Shown piece after piece: positions 1 to 13,750 of a stretch of DNA of 64,000 nt. Numbering within the stretch: position 1 is the stretch's first letter; every line of letters starts with the position of its first letter. Origin of the DNA: Asterias rubens (taxonomy: Eukaryota); contig NC_047067.1 in assembly GCF_902459465.1 (NCBI RefSeq), positions 20,150,001 to 20,214,000 on the forward strand, read 5' to 3'. The notes under the pieces are model-generated. The model saw nothing but the letters and a program-made list of their open reading frames with translations. It had not been told where the DNA came from and ran no database searches. A program made the translations under genes and the position numbers.

Positions 1-3000
1 CCGCTTGCTACTTGTCCAGAAAGCTCCCATAGAAAGGCTGATTTGCTAATGGAAGTTCTACCCCTTCTGTGTATGTACTGTAATCTTGGCCCAACAGGGA
101 TGAAATATCACACCTCTGCTCTTTTTACCACAAAGTTGAGTTGATTGCAAGAACAAATGTTTTCATACAAAGGTGGCCTAGTCCATACAAAATGTACAAT
201 ATGTACACAGTAGAATATAGACCATGTAACCTGTGACATAAAGTTTACAAAAGAGCTACTACAGAGCTTGGGGTTCCTGCAAGCAAATTTTGAACATCTG
301 AGCCCAATGAAAGAACACATACAATCTGATATTGTAAGGCGATTGCACGGTATAATTTCTATTAACTTTTATTATGAAGTGGAAGGCACATCTCAAAAAC
401 TTAATAAGCAGCTATTTTTAGGACTCTTGAATTTATGTGAATGTAAAATTATTGGGGAAAAATGTTAAATTTCACAGATGACTGGCAATGTAGTAGTTTG
501 CCTGCCAGAAAGGCCCTAGAATGTACAAGGTCACTCTTTTTAGTAAACAAAGGACACATTATCTATAAATGCAAAACTAGGTCCCATCCAATTCTGTATG
601 AAGGACTTCTTGCGATCAACAATTTGGAAATTGAATCCCAGAGGCAAGGTCAATACAAAGCAAAATTGAATAAAAAAAACTCATGAAATACATGCAGACA
701 CTTCAAAAAACGCAATCACACTTCTAAGTGATTCTCGTTAAAAGCTGCTTAGCATCTAGATGAGGCACAAACACGCTTAGCACATTGTTCATACCACTAA
801 CAATAACGACAGACCCTTTAACTATGCAAAGATTGTGGATGACTACGATACTTAGTATGTACACTTGTGTATGTATCATATCATGCTATCAATTAGCGCA
901 CCATTCCAGACACATTCCAATAGGATACCAGATACTTATTCCGAAACACGTGTTTCTTCAATGTGGACGGATTTTTATTTAATTTTGTGTGTAGTGAGTA
1001 AAGCACACTTCCCTAAAGAAAATCAGAAAGTAGAGGCAAACATTTTAAAGCGGCCCCAAGGCCAAGACCAAAGCAATAGTTGCAATGCCCTGTAAATCTC
1101 CATGAAACTCAAGGCATGCATGCATGTGTTACCCTTTAAAAAGAAAGTTCAGACTTACCAGCAATGATAGAAATTCCCTTCAAATTGTGCGTCTAACCAC
1201 AAATGACTCTCACAACCTCACAGACTTGTTGCAAGGCATGCCATTCAACTGAGTGTGCCACTCTCTGATCATCCCAAAACCCACGCAACACCAACTTTCC
1301 CAGGTTTGCAGTTTTAAACACAGTTTTGAGATTCAGCTCGGTGACTATGATGCGAAACCTGATCCAGCATTGATTTTAAACTTGAAAGTGAAACCATCAG
1401 ACAATGCATTGTCATTTTTAAACTCATTGATCACCCAAGGCAAGATGGTACGATTTCAGAGGTCACTGTGTTCTCCCCAGGGTGCATGCATCAAAGCTAG
1501 ACTTGCCTCAGCTTAGGCAAGTCTATTGTTTCAATAAAAAAATATATTGCGCTTTGCTGCCTGGTCATCAACTACACAGTAATTATTGACAGTGTTTTAT
1601 AAAAATGTCCAGTCACCATTGGGGAAATGGTGGATGGTGGAATAGCTCAATGTAAATACAGCGTCTCAAAACGGAATAAAATAATTGGATAGTAATCTCT
1701 TAGACAGATCACAAACATTCGTTTGGGGATCTGGGCAACTCTGTTCCACCTGTCGATGGATGGGCAGTCAGCCGGGTCCCCGACTTGACCCGAACGCAAA
1801 AAGTACAGCTTTATTTCTCCTGGGCGATGAAAAAGAAGCATTGTCATTTCGCAGAGCGATAACTCACAACCGGTCAATTGTTCTTTCTTGTCTTTGGGCT
1901 GTCAGAGAGTGAGTGACATGTACACTGGTATAGTCATTGTCACGGCCGTAACACTGTCTTAATCCATCTACGCTCGACTGCGGGCTAGGTGCCCGTGGGG
2001 GGAGATAGAATGGGGGGAGGGAATATAATTCAGCGGTTGTATGAATCACAAAGTTGACGCTGATAAGACCTTGTTAGTTTGGGCTTTAAATTGATACGGA
2101 CATGTTTTCCATAGATTTAAGCTACTCAAAGATCCTACTTTAATTAATTTTCATCCTTAAAGATACTTTTATGAGGCTCACATTCATCACAAGAAAACCA
2201 TCTTTCTTTTCCAATATACAAGTCTATTAGAATTATAGTGAGGCTTGAGTGTTTAAAGACTGGTGCCTTTCAGATGCCTATCATCTGCAGATGATTACGA
2301 TTGGCGGAAAAGGGTACAAGACAAGGAAATCATCCAGTTACATCATTTAATCTGACTCTCAGTGGTTTACTATAAAAAAAGGCAACAAAATCCTAACCAG
2401 TACCAAAACATGAAACATTTTACTTTTGCAACATCACTTTTTTCCCCCAAGAGCTGTTATTTTACCGAAGCCAGAGAGATAATTTGACAAATCCATTGAC
2501 AAGTCCGTATTTTTGTTATGTAAAAAGCAACACATATTTAGTTTAATTTGACTTGTCACTGATAGTGACTTTGCATGATTTTGATGCCACCAACAGGCAC
2601 TGACATATCTAGGCTTCTGCATTGCTTGTTCTGGATCTAAACCGTTGTGTTTGTGAGTCACCAACCAGCGAAGCAATGGTCAATCACCCACAAGTTCATT
2701 CTTACATAGGATTGGCATTGTTCAAAATCACTCACGATAAAAAATTTGCTTGAGTCGAAAAGTTCATAAAAAATTCAGGGTATTTATTTTCGAACCATAA
2801 TGAAATATGCTGCAATGTTCAACAGTCATAAAGATAATTTCTGCATATTTTAATATCTTTGGAATAGGGATATGTTTCAAGATAAAGCTTCAGGCTGTGC
2901 ATGGTGGAACAAATACTAAGTAAGGTTGGTTTGCGGTGAAAAGCAAAAATTGTGTAATTCTTCACCTGAATTCTGGTCCCTTTTGATCATTAAACAATAA

Positions 3001-3559
3001 ATTTAAGGAAATTTAAGTACTCTTTGTATTGAGTCTAATTTCATCCAAGCTCAGGCCTGATACTCCATGGAGGCAACAAAGGCAATTGCCTCCATGCCTG
3101 CCCTGGTGCCCTTAAAATGCTCAAATAGAAAATTACAATTTCCTCATAGAGAAAATGCCTTGGTGCCCTTGCCCTTTCAAAATCGAAGCATACAGGCCTG
3201 CAAGCTTGTCACTTCAAATGTCAGGCAAACTGGCCTTTCATATATGGACACAACTGTAGGAAGGAGAGGGAGGGGGCAATTATCCTCAGTGATTTATCAA
3301 ATGTGACCAGTGGTGACACACAGGGGTACAGATTAAACCCCTCAACAAGGGACTGTAGCCAAAAGATTGTTTCAAAGTGATGGTGCAGCCCTGGTCATGG
3401 CTTGAAACTGACACTGCACCGCAGGCCAGAGACCGGTGATTTTAGTATAGGGCCAGTAAACTTATGACTAGACAAGTCCGACTGTCTGGTTTTTGCCTAA
3501 ATTGAATAATATACCTGACCGTGTAATAATATCTTGAACAATAAAAGTTGATAAGGATT

Positions 3560-3735
3560 TGAACTGCCTCTAGCTACAGGGCAGTCTCAGTGGTTTAGAT
3601 GGTAATACATTTGCTCTAGATTGGCAAAGGTCATGGGTTCGAATCCTACTGGAGTAATAAGTGTTTTTTCTTCACATAAGTCAGGAAGCTACTGAGTAAA
3701 CAGTGCTTACACACAAAAGCTAAAACCAAATAGTA
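3560..3735 (+). mobile_element. tRNA-derived SINE family 2
   Basis: cagtggtttagatggt (A box), gggttcgaatcc (B box), body actgagtaaacagtgct shared with 7977-8085. Confidence 0.65.
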
Positions 3736-4733
3736 TTGCAAATTTAACATCTATGTTTCACCTGGTGACCTCAAATTTGATTTGTTTTTCTTCTCAATTC
3801 TCCATCAAGCTTTGAAGAATGTATAGTACCAATATGAGACAAATGAAGACAAAAAATTCTTATGCCTCTCCAAATTAAAACAGTTTACTAAAATAATGAA
3901 GCGAAACGTTTGAGCTACAAGCCTACCGGTCTTGTGGATTTTCCCACCAAATTCAAACCATGTTGGTATTCCAAAACCAAAGGGACAAGTATCAGGTTCA
4001 TGTTAAAAGCATCAAAATTTAAATGTCTTTAAAATTCATTTTATTGTTCTGTTGTAATTATTTAAGCTGCTAAATGTAGCTTTCCGAAAATAACCAACTA
4101 GTGTTCCCTTTTAACTTCAAAGGTCATACAACCATGAAAATGAAAGCCATTTGTGCATGTGTAATTTTCACATGTAGATTTATTTTTAGTTTCTATTTGT
4201 AAAACACACCTCATTGCAGCAGACCATTCTTGGCACCTAAAACAATTTCACTCTCGGTCGAGGGTACATTGTTTCTCTTCGACGACACCAATGACTCATG
4301 GGGTAATCTCTAATGTTGTAACCCAATATTTTTTAATTGTGAAACTTCACCTTGTGACTTTTTACTCACACAGCGACTCCACAGACCTGGGGATTTTGTT
4401 GTCCTGGGCTTGCGAAATTTACTGGGAGAGCAAAAATACAGCGTGGGACCAGTCACAAACTATTAACAATGGTATTTTTGCTTGTGACCTGTTGTGGGTA
4501 AGCAAGGTTTAATTTACTAAAAAATAAATTTGTAGATTTGTACAGTGACTCATAAAAGCAGTCAAACTTCTGTTTAAAAATGGAAAAACAGTTCTGTAAA
4601 ACATTTGACATGCTTCAGAGGTTCCTTTGTAGTACCCCTTTTTTATTTGAGAATAGACAAGAACTTCAATATCTTACCAGTGATTTTATTTTTGTAAAAT
4701 TACATCAAGTGAGGCATCTTTTGCTTTATTTTA

Positions 4734-4787
4734 TTTTCCAATATTTAAGAAACTGGTAAATTTTCCAATCTTTAAGAAACTGGTAAA
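4734..4787. repeat. 27-bp tandem duplication
   Basis: ttttccaat(a/c)tttaagaaactggtaaa twice. Confidence 0.8.
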
Positions 4788-7700
4788 TATTTTCTTAAAA
4801 CAATTTATGTTGTGGTTGCACAGACATTGCGAGCTTGCTGTCTCACATTCGTGCGTATGATTATGAACAGTTACACCCCTATGTTCCACTATGATTCTAC
4901 ACCCACATAATTCTACACCTCTATGTTCCAATTCCCCATAGTGCATTTTCCTAATCTAAACCCTAACCCCAACTGGGTTGTTCCAGAGAAAAAGTCTGAT
5001 GATTTACATCAGCAGAGTTTTAAAATCGCCACAAGTTTTTTTTCTTTGGAACATAGGGTTGTCAATGTCAGAACATCAATAGGTTTTCTGAATATAGAGC
5101 AGTCACCCATATGCAGTCACTGTTTGTATGAACATGTAGTCTAGGTACATGTATGTAAGTATTTAAACTCTGTCGAGAATCGCAACTATCACCCCAATGA
5201 GAACATGTACAACGGATTAATCCAAATCATTGCATGATTATAATCGTCATTGTTAACATTGATTAATAGTAACGCAGCTCTTGTACATTACCCAGTACAT
5301 GTGTTCACCACGTACGTCTAATCAATGCAATATATTCAGACAATGAATGAGGTTATCAAACGAGCCACAAGGAAAACTGCTGTGACGCTTGGAAGTGAAA
5401 ACAGACAAACTGAAACTAAATTCTAAAACGTGAAGTACAGGTATGAGAGTCACAAGACGACAAGAACTGCCAAAACATAAAATGCGCACAATAGCCTACA
5501 TTGTAATGCTGATAAAAAGAACACGGAATGACTTCTTAAGGGGAAAAACTACATTATATGAACACCAGATCAACCAAAGTTCCTGTTAGTGAGTATAAGT
5601 GTGTATGGTGCAATTAATAGTCTTTCCCATAAAAATTGTATTGGAAAGGCTGTTTGCATAACATGCTAATTACTTTCTAGCACGCGTACAGACAACAGTG
5701 GTTGGCAAAGGGCCCGAGGCCATGGAGTTGTGCACTAGGCTGACGCACAAATGCATATGCGTCACATCACCGCGCACCCCATACAAAACAACGCCATGTT
5801 CCCTCAACTTGCCCACTACTCCACTAGTGTGCACGTGCAATGTGCAACTTACATAAATCATGACATTAATTAACAAAGGTCATATAAATCCAGAGGTAAT
5901 GTAGTAGGTTGGACTCAATTAACTTTTTTATCACTCCAAAGTTCAACAATGAGACATAACATTAACAAACATTATTAGTTCGTCAAACTTCCCTAAACAT
6001 AAAGAAGAAGTTCCGTTCCGGGTTTGATACTGAACTGGTGAACAGTGTACGTGACATTTCAAAATACTGATACTGATTGTGTTTATCATTACTCAGCACA
6101 TAAAATTATCAACAATCGCTTTTAGGGTCCAACCACTCATTTACATTCAATGCTCCTTCCATTGAGAGTGTAAAGCAATTGTGTACAAAAGACAAGAGGT
6201 GTCATAGTCACACCATAGTGTAAATAAGGAGCATACCTGTGGTGTACCAATTATACATAATACCAAGCAACCCCAGACCTACCCAATGCCGCTAATAAAG
6301 CTATAGTATTGTTCCTTTATAACTCAATGTAAATGAAGGTTTTTGAATCCATGTACTTGTACATGGCCCCTCCAGCTCATCCCAATGATATGCAAATGGA
6401 CATAATAACCGAGAATGAGTGTCAACAATGACATCATTTGAGGAAGGAGAGAGCAGTTGGCAGCTTAGCGTTCACACCCATATAAGGCTAGAACAGATTA
6501 TTTTTAAAGGCTGTGCAAACTGATTGAACAACAGAAAGCAGCAGGCTCATATAAGAAGTCAAAGTCAAAGATCTGCAAATTTGAGTCACAGTCTTTAAAA
6601 GAAATCCCAAATGCAGCAAGGGAATACTTGGCACGAGATGGAGAGAATCCATTCATAAAATGAAGCCCTCCCCCTCCTGTTTATATGCAAAATAAGCTGT
6701 GCACGTCATACCCAAGAAAATCTCGTTAAATGTAGGCCGATATAAAGCTTAAAATTAATACAATACACAGTCATCAATTATCATCATGTGTTTAATTGTA
6801 AGGGGATTTCAACTAGACCTTGTTTTTTATTGAAGCATTTTTGTTGTTACAAAAACAAATATATTTCTCTATCTAGGATGTTTTGACCCAAAAAGCTTCA
6901 GTAGGTAAACCTAAGAAAGTAGGGCTTGTTTGAAATTAAACAAGCCCTACTTCACAAACTTGTGAAGGTACTAGCCCTTTATTACTATAGACTCTGGTCA
7001 GTGGTCCAGTGGGTAGTTCAGAGCCAAACATGCAAATATATCAGCAACCACTTTTATCAATGGTCAATTGCAACTGAGAATAACAACAACTTTTCTGTTT
7101 TATAATACTGATTCCTGGAAGCTGTGTAGGCCCTAAATGTATTTTCAAATCCTGTAACTTTAGATTAATGATGAGCAATGGGCAAGCAATAAGGTTCTTT
7201 AGGACAATCAAACCCCACGATTTAGGCCCACGGAGACAAGGCAACAAGGTTCTGGGAAACTGAAAGTAGGCTCCAGTCAGGGGGAAGACAATGCGCCCAC
7301 AGTGGCTGGTATCACCCTCACGTACAGATGAATCATCACTTATTATGTATACCAAAGCAAAGAATTGAAGGGGCACCAGGAGGTATGATTATCCAACAGC
7401 CACGTGGACAAAAGACAACAGGGTTGCGTGCCAAAAAACACTGGGTTCACACTAAACAAACCCTTGACACGTTTTCCCTGGGTGCATGAGATTGAGTGGG
7501 GAAAGAAAAACACTCTTCAAAACTGTATGGTCATACAAGAATTTGCAAGAAGGTACTTCCTGAATCTGCCTAAATTGATGGGTGCACTTGAACTCTTCAC
7601 TACTTCAGATTTTGTTATCAAAATATGAGGCACTCCTTGAGGATTGTGTCAAATCCTATTTAACCAATTCTCTGTCTCTATATGGGTGCTGAAAATATAA

Positions 7701-7827
7701 CGGGTCTTCCATGATTGTGCTTGGATTCTTACCTCCATAACACTAAGCATGGAAGCAAGAAAGGAAGATCTTCCAACATGATTGCCATCTTACATTGTAG
7801 GCCTTTGTATTTGTAACGGGGCTTTTG

Positions 7828-7874
7828 TTTCACCAGTACAAACTTCCAATCTTTCACCAGTACAAACTTCCAAT
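7828..7874. repeat. 24-bp tandem duplication
   Basis: tttcaccagtacaaacttccaat twice. Confidence 0.85.
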
Positions 7875-7976
7875 AATTATAATCCCGATTAATCAGTATC
7901 ATCATGCACCGATGTGTATAAAAGCACTTAAACTCAGTACTTTTTCTATAGCTGTGAAAAAAATCCACATGCAAAT

Positions 7977-8085
7977 CACTCGGGTTGGAAGTTGCCCGTG
8001 TTTTTTTTTTTTACAGAACTTGGGAAAGGACTGAGTATACAGTGCTTTATACTTCAGTGTAAGGGTAAAGTTATATTCTTTATCC
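7977..8085 (+). mobile_element. SINE family 2 body fragment
   Basis: acagaacttgggaaaggactgagtatacagtgct. Confidence 0.55.
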
Positions 8086-10275
8086 CCAATGCAGAACTAA
8101 AATCTATCAGAAAGAAATAGTTCAAACAGTCAAAGATAAGATTTAGTTGTCCAGCAACAATATTAAATATAGCCCAAAGTACACAACGTTCAATAATAGT
8201 TTCCTAATCACACCACCTCACAAATTTAGGTCAGCAATGAACAAGTCTACCATTATTTTCCATCCAGCGTCGATTTGGATGGGTGGGTTTTGTACTGAAA
8301 GTTAAAACAAGATGGACGAAGAAGAGTGATGAAGGCCCAATTACCCATCCAGGATGAGCCTCATCAGTCACGGCCGAGAGCCGATCATCGTGTGGACTGG
8401 ATAGGGAGTGCAATTGAGTCAGCGATTTATCACTGCTATAGAAGTTTTGAAAGGGGGGTTATGCCATCTAATAAGCTGCAGTCTTCTGCAGTGATGTCAT
8501 ACATCATAATTACTTGTGATGTCAAGCTATCAGATACTTCTCTGGAAACCATTTAGAGTTGCTTTGTCCCTTGCGTGCTGAACAAACGCTTGTGGATTAA
8601 CGGGAATTGCTCAGACAATGTCACGATCAACTTAAATGGAAAAAGAGTGGCCCTGTATGTAGAAACGTCCCTCTGCCAACTGACACGAGTCTTAAAACTG
8701 CTTCAGTTAGATCTATCTTCATACATTTTTGTTGTTGAAAAGCTTTGTGTTTTAGTACAAAAAGCCGATGATGATTCAGAGTCGAAGAATGGGTTTTGAT
8801 TCCAGAGGAGTTTGCACACAGGGTACATAGTTTGTGTCTTTGTGTGCCATATTTAAAGAGATTTTATTACCTTCTCGTAAAATTAAAGTTGTTTCCCCTC
8901 ACTTTATGCAAGTTTCACAAAGGACTGTTAAATCTTTGTTATTACTTAAAATACAGGCAAAGGAATTTATTTCTATGACTGCTACAAATGAACAAACGTG
9001 AACAATACAGAGGCCACAGACACTGTTTCCTCTGGTGACCTGGTCTTGGCTTTGGTGTCCTAAACACAGTTTCAAATATCTTTATTCACTAAAACTAAAG
9101 GCTCTTTTTCTCAAAAAAAAGTTGCCTTACCTTTTACAGAAATGTAAGCCCAGACCTGGGACCAACCTCATGAATACTCAGTACTTGTACACTTGTACTC
9201 ATTATACTCGATGTCGCTGCCCAACTCACCTGAATCAATTACTCAGCCACCCAAATACTACGCAAACCCACTAGAACTCGGCAAATACTCAAATGAAAAG
9301 TACTAGACAACCACACATTGGTAAAAAGTTTGATGAATCTGAGCCCTGTACCCTTTTTTTAAGAACTGTACAATGTAAGAAAAGCAGTCTCATCCTCAAT
9401 ATGCATTGCAGCTACTTTCATCTTTAAAATTGTGCATGTTTACATAAAACCAAATCACAGAAATTCACCAAGAAGAAGAATACCACTTTGGGGATGTTTC
9501 ATTCACAGACCCTGCTCTAATTTCTCAAACATTGACTCACTGCCCTGTTGGAACAAAATCAATTTGCTAAGGTGTCCCAGCGGTATTATCAATCTAAACC
9601 AGGCTGTCATTCAATATAAAATATTGCTTCTCTTCCTTCCTGAAAGAAGAGAGAGCTCAGTTTCCCCCATCCCTTGTTGATTCGTCTTAAACACCAAACA
9701 AGAATGATGTCATGCTATTGTTTGACTTTCAGGAAGAGGACAGGACTTCACATGACACTAAACACAGGCAGACTGGCCACAATTTGCTCGGATCCATTTC
9801 AATCGCGGCTAGTTTTACATGCTGTTGCGAGATTCTTCAAATTCCCAATGCATCTCTCATACTAAGGAAATAAACAAATTTCCTTGAAACAAAGTCTGGG
9901 GTACTAGATATGGGTGATTTTGAGCTTGGCATGGGAAGTGTTGCTTGACACTAGATTGGCTTCCCTGGGAATTCCTGCAAGTTCATTAGCGGGGTATAAA
10001 GTGTTTATTTTTGTTTCCTTTCAATCTTCAAAATCGCAATCCGAGAGAAAAAGGGCTTTGCAAGTGTACTCCGTGAACACAAATTAAAACTTGATTTATT
10101 GGAAAAAAGGTGTTTACAACATGTCTTACAACATGTCTCAAAACAAGTTGTAAACAAAGTCATTGCAACTGAATGAGCATCAATTATTTCCACTCATGCA
10201 TAGAGTATTGAGTTATGCACAAAATTATAATGTAGTACCACTAATTAGAATAACAAATTTCAGCAACATTTATTT

Positions 10276-10375
10276 GAAAATTTTTCCCTAAACTGTGACA
10301 AATTTTACCAAACACCATACTGAAAAATTTTTCCCTAAACTGTGACAAATTTTACCAAACACCATACTGAAAAAT
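10276..10375. repeat. Essentially exact 47-bp tandem duplication
   Basis: aaaatttttccctaaactgtgacaaattttaccaaacaccatactga twice. Confidence 0.9.
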
Positions 10376-11483
10376 AAGGTAGTTTTTTAAAAACAAGCTT
10401 ATTATACAAATTATGTCAGTATGAAGGAATAACATTTCTAAAAAAGTTCCGTGATTACTCTCATTTTGCAAACTGTTTTCTTCAGTGAATCACTAGATTA
10501 GCTTAAAAAATGAGCAGAAAATTGTGTAAACACAATTCTTATCAAAACACTCCAATTTTCCAGGTCTGGTTGAAACTTCAAGTTTGCATTAACAAAATTG
10601 GTCCCCAGGAATACCCTCATTTCATTGTACTTCAATTTAATAGAGAGTTCCATTCCAAACACCTTGCTTGCAGTATTGCTCGATACTTCTTTATTCGATG
10701 GTTGGGGGGGGGGGGGGGGGAGGAGGGGGAGTACAGAGTCCACAGTCTTCTCTGTGTTTCCAGTGATTGACAAGACAACAATTGCGGCAAAGGATACAAC
10801 GTAATGAGCAGCCCACGGCAACAAGATGCCGTGGGGGCTGGGCGATTGTTGTACCAATCACTCATTATGAAAATGATTTTAATAACGTTGGATGACTCAT
10901 AACGCCATAGCATGACAATCAACATACATGTATGACAGGCTCTTGTACATGTATGTACGTGGACACACAGATGTCCAACACGCCACGTTTTCGATCACTA
11001 AGCTCTGGCTATCTTTGGAAACAGTGTGTTATTCATATCAATTAAAAAGTTCAGCCTGTACACTGGCAATGCTTCACAATAATAAGTACTAATTACTTAA
11101 CAGATTCCACACTATATACCTACATGTACAGGGAATTCTGTCATCTATTGTTTTCGACATTTAATTATTTCACAACCTATCGAAGCGTATTTTAAAATTC
11201 TGTCCACGGTCATCAGAATTGTTTTTTTTTCCCACATGAAGACTAGAAAATCCATACTAAGAAGAAAATCTGATTAGCTTAATTTGTTTCACTTGGGTAA
11301 GCATGGATTTATCACCTACAATTGTATATTGATATGTAGACACGTGAAACTAGGCCAAGACATCTTTTAATTTGCATGAATTACAAGCCAATAATAAGAT
11401 TGTCAATTCTCTACGGGTAGTTTACGTCTCCTTAAAAGACTTTTTAAGACACTCTCGAGGAGTACAGCGCAGGCAAGAAATGT

Positions 11484-11879
11484 TTAAAGGCACTGGACAC
11501 TATTGTAATTTGTCAAAAGCCAGTCTTCTCACGTGGTGTATCTCAACATATTAGCAAACCTGTGAAAATTTGGACTCAATTGGTCGTTGAAATTACGAGA
11601 GAATAATGGAAGGAAAAACACCCTTGTCGCACAAGTTGCGTGCTTTTAGATGCTTGAATTTGAGACCTCAACTGAGGGTTTCAAATTCAATTCAAATATT
11701 TTTATGAGAAAATACTTCTTTCGCAAAAACTATGTTTCTTCATAGGGAGCTGTTTCTCACAGTGTTTTATACTATTTACAGCTCTCCATTGCTTGTTTAT
11801 TGCTCCATGTTGTTACCAAGTAAGTTTTTATGCTAGCATTTACTTTGAGTAATTACAATAAGTGTCCAGTACTTTTTAA
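11484..11879. mobile_element. Non-autonomous TTAA-flanked (Kolobok-like) MITE, family A, full length
   Basis: TTAA-AGGCACTGGACAC...GTGTCCAGTACTT-TTAA terminal inverted repeats; body shared with at least 8 other copies in the window. Confidence 0.85.
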
Positions 11880-13038
11880 AAGGCTTTTATTTTTACGAGG
11901 CTGTTTTTGAGTTATAAGAGGCACAATGTAGCAGTCATTCTACTGTCTTCACTCCTTCATTGCCTTAAATTTGGCTGATTTAAACAACAGCCTGTGCCAC
12001 TTTTTGTTTTTTTTATCAATCTTTTTCCCTATCACAGTTAATAGACTCGTGAAGGAAGGATTAGGAAGCGTTCTGCGCACTTTAACAGAACACAACATTC
12101 AAATACGCGTAAGCCTTGGGACTTTCATTCTCTCATAATAATAATACTGGGTTCTTAATACTTCGCTTTATCGCAACCCTAGGGCTTCTGAAGGTGCTTG
12201 CAATTGTTTTTTTAAACAGGATCAGCAGAGCTCGCTTTGCATATGAACTATCTTCTATGGTTTTCAAGGTGCTGCGGCGCATTCAGCAGCCACTGCCAGG
12301 GCCAGGAATCTCATTTTATCAGAAAGGGGCAAGGCCAGTCATATTGCAACCTTAAACTCCGTGGGAAACTTCAGTGCACAGGGGCAACCAGGCCAAGACC
12401 AGGGCAACAAAGGCCATTTCCTCCATGTTATTCCAGGCCTGTTCACCATGCTGTCCTCATCATTGTCAAGTTCCCTGCGTGCCACACCAATAATGTCCAC
12501 TAATTATCATGTTAACAAAAAGGGACCAGACTATTTGGTCCCTCGCAGCCTCAGTTTGGTTACATTGACTTGAATTGCGCAAGATGGCTGCCAACAACGA
12601 TAATAACCAGTGTGTATTCATGAGCTGACCAACCCACAAGGGAGATGATCGCTGTATTCAATTATCAAGTGCAAATTACATGTATACACAAGCCTATCAG
12701 CACTTGCAAATAAAAAACCTCCATACAATTAATTTCCAGAAGGTTTGAGGAGGGGGGGGGTTGGGAAAGATGAGTCACCAGAAGTGGACACAGGGGTGAC
12801 CGTTCAATGATGACCATTAGACAATATTCATAAACCAGCTGGAGTGGAATTAATAATACATGGTTTCCACTAGTGATTAATTTTATCACATCCAGACTTT
12901 TAAAGTAGTGCAGCATCTTGCACTGTTTTTGGACAGAATTTCCACCACACCCAAAGTAAAAACTTATAACGATTTCCCAAGTAAATACTTAAAAAAATGT
13001 CTACACCCAAAATTTGTCAGGAAATTTATTTATAACCA

Positions 13039-13230
13039 GAGCCTAATTTCATAGAGCCGTTTGCAGAAAATGTTGCATAACATTTTTCTGCTTTTAATAG
13101 CAGAAAAGAGCAGAATACCAAATGGTATGTGATATGCATTTTGGCTAGTTACCATATTCTGGTAATCACAATTTTGTTGTGCTTAGCCACTTTTTGTGCT
13201 TTTAAAAGCAGCTCTGTAAAACAGAGCCCT
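13039..13230. mobile_element. MITE family B (GGGCCCAATTTCATAGAGCTG-type TIR)
   Basis: Degenerate TIRs gcctaatttcatagagc / gcagctctgtaaaacagagccc; body shared with the copies at 56.9-62.2 kb. Confidence 0.65.
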
Positions 13231-13630
13231 GAATTGACTTGGTTGTTTGTTTCTTGATGATAAATTAGCTGGTAAGTTTTAAAGGAATGGCAAAAATACA
13301 ACTGAAAATGCCCTATAGGAAAAGCTACATGTTTCTTGCACATCACCCCAAAAAACCCGAGCTTAGAAACTACTACACACGTCACTGAAATGCCTGCAAT
13401 CGATACTCGCAGTATTCAAACACACACAGTGTACAGCTTGTCAAGATGAACCCATGCCCTCGTGGCCTGTACATTGTAACCTATGAGTCATCATTTGCGT
13501 TGGTCAATTTAATAATATTATCAGACCACTGGCTAAACTGCTAGATATCCTGACATGTACTATGGCCGTGTACATGTGCTTGCACAGTTCTATTACAATT
13601 TTTCATACAGTGAGTATAGTGTAGTTTAGT

Positions 13631-13750
13631 TTGCCAGATCTGAATTTACAGCTACAGCTACGGCTACAGCTGGATCGCTGAATTATCAGGCGTAGCAGAA
13701 TAGGATGTCCTAAGCAACGTCCTTAGCAACAGTCGCAGCCGTAGTAGCCA
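13631..13750. mobile_element. MITE family D, diverged copy
   Basis: ctacggctacagctggatcg...ataggatgtcc...ccttagcaacagtcg aligns with 24223-24367. Confidence 0.65.

Noticed and set aside
1159-1192. Possible DUSP micro-exon (THNLKGISIIAG) ending at G|GTAAGT
   Set aside because: It resembles SVHLLAG only loosely, is 34 nt long with a weak acceptor, and the intervening VVVYD segment was not found. Transcript data are needed.
4870-4975. Telomere-like aaccctaaccc
   Set aside because: Under two units inside a degenerate repeat relic; not an interstitial telomeric array.
7733-7788. Possible DUSP micro-exon (GNHVGRSSFLASMLSVME) with a good donor
   Set aside because: Weak acceptor, phase-1 start incompatible with the phase-0 upstream exon, and only vague similarity to FLTVLLGKLE.
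10704-10730. Poly-G tracts (also near 38600, 44320) as G-quadruplex elements
   Set aside because: Simple homopolymers of uncertain assembled length, with no supporting context.
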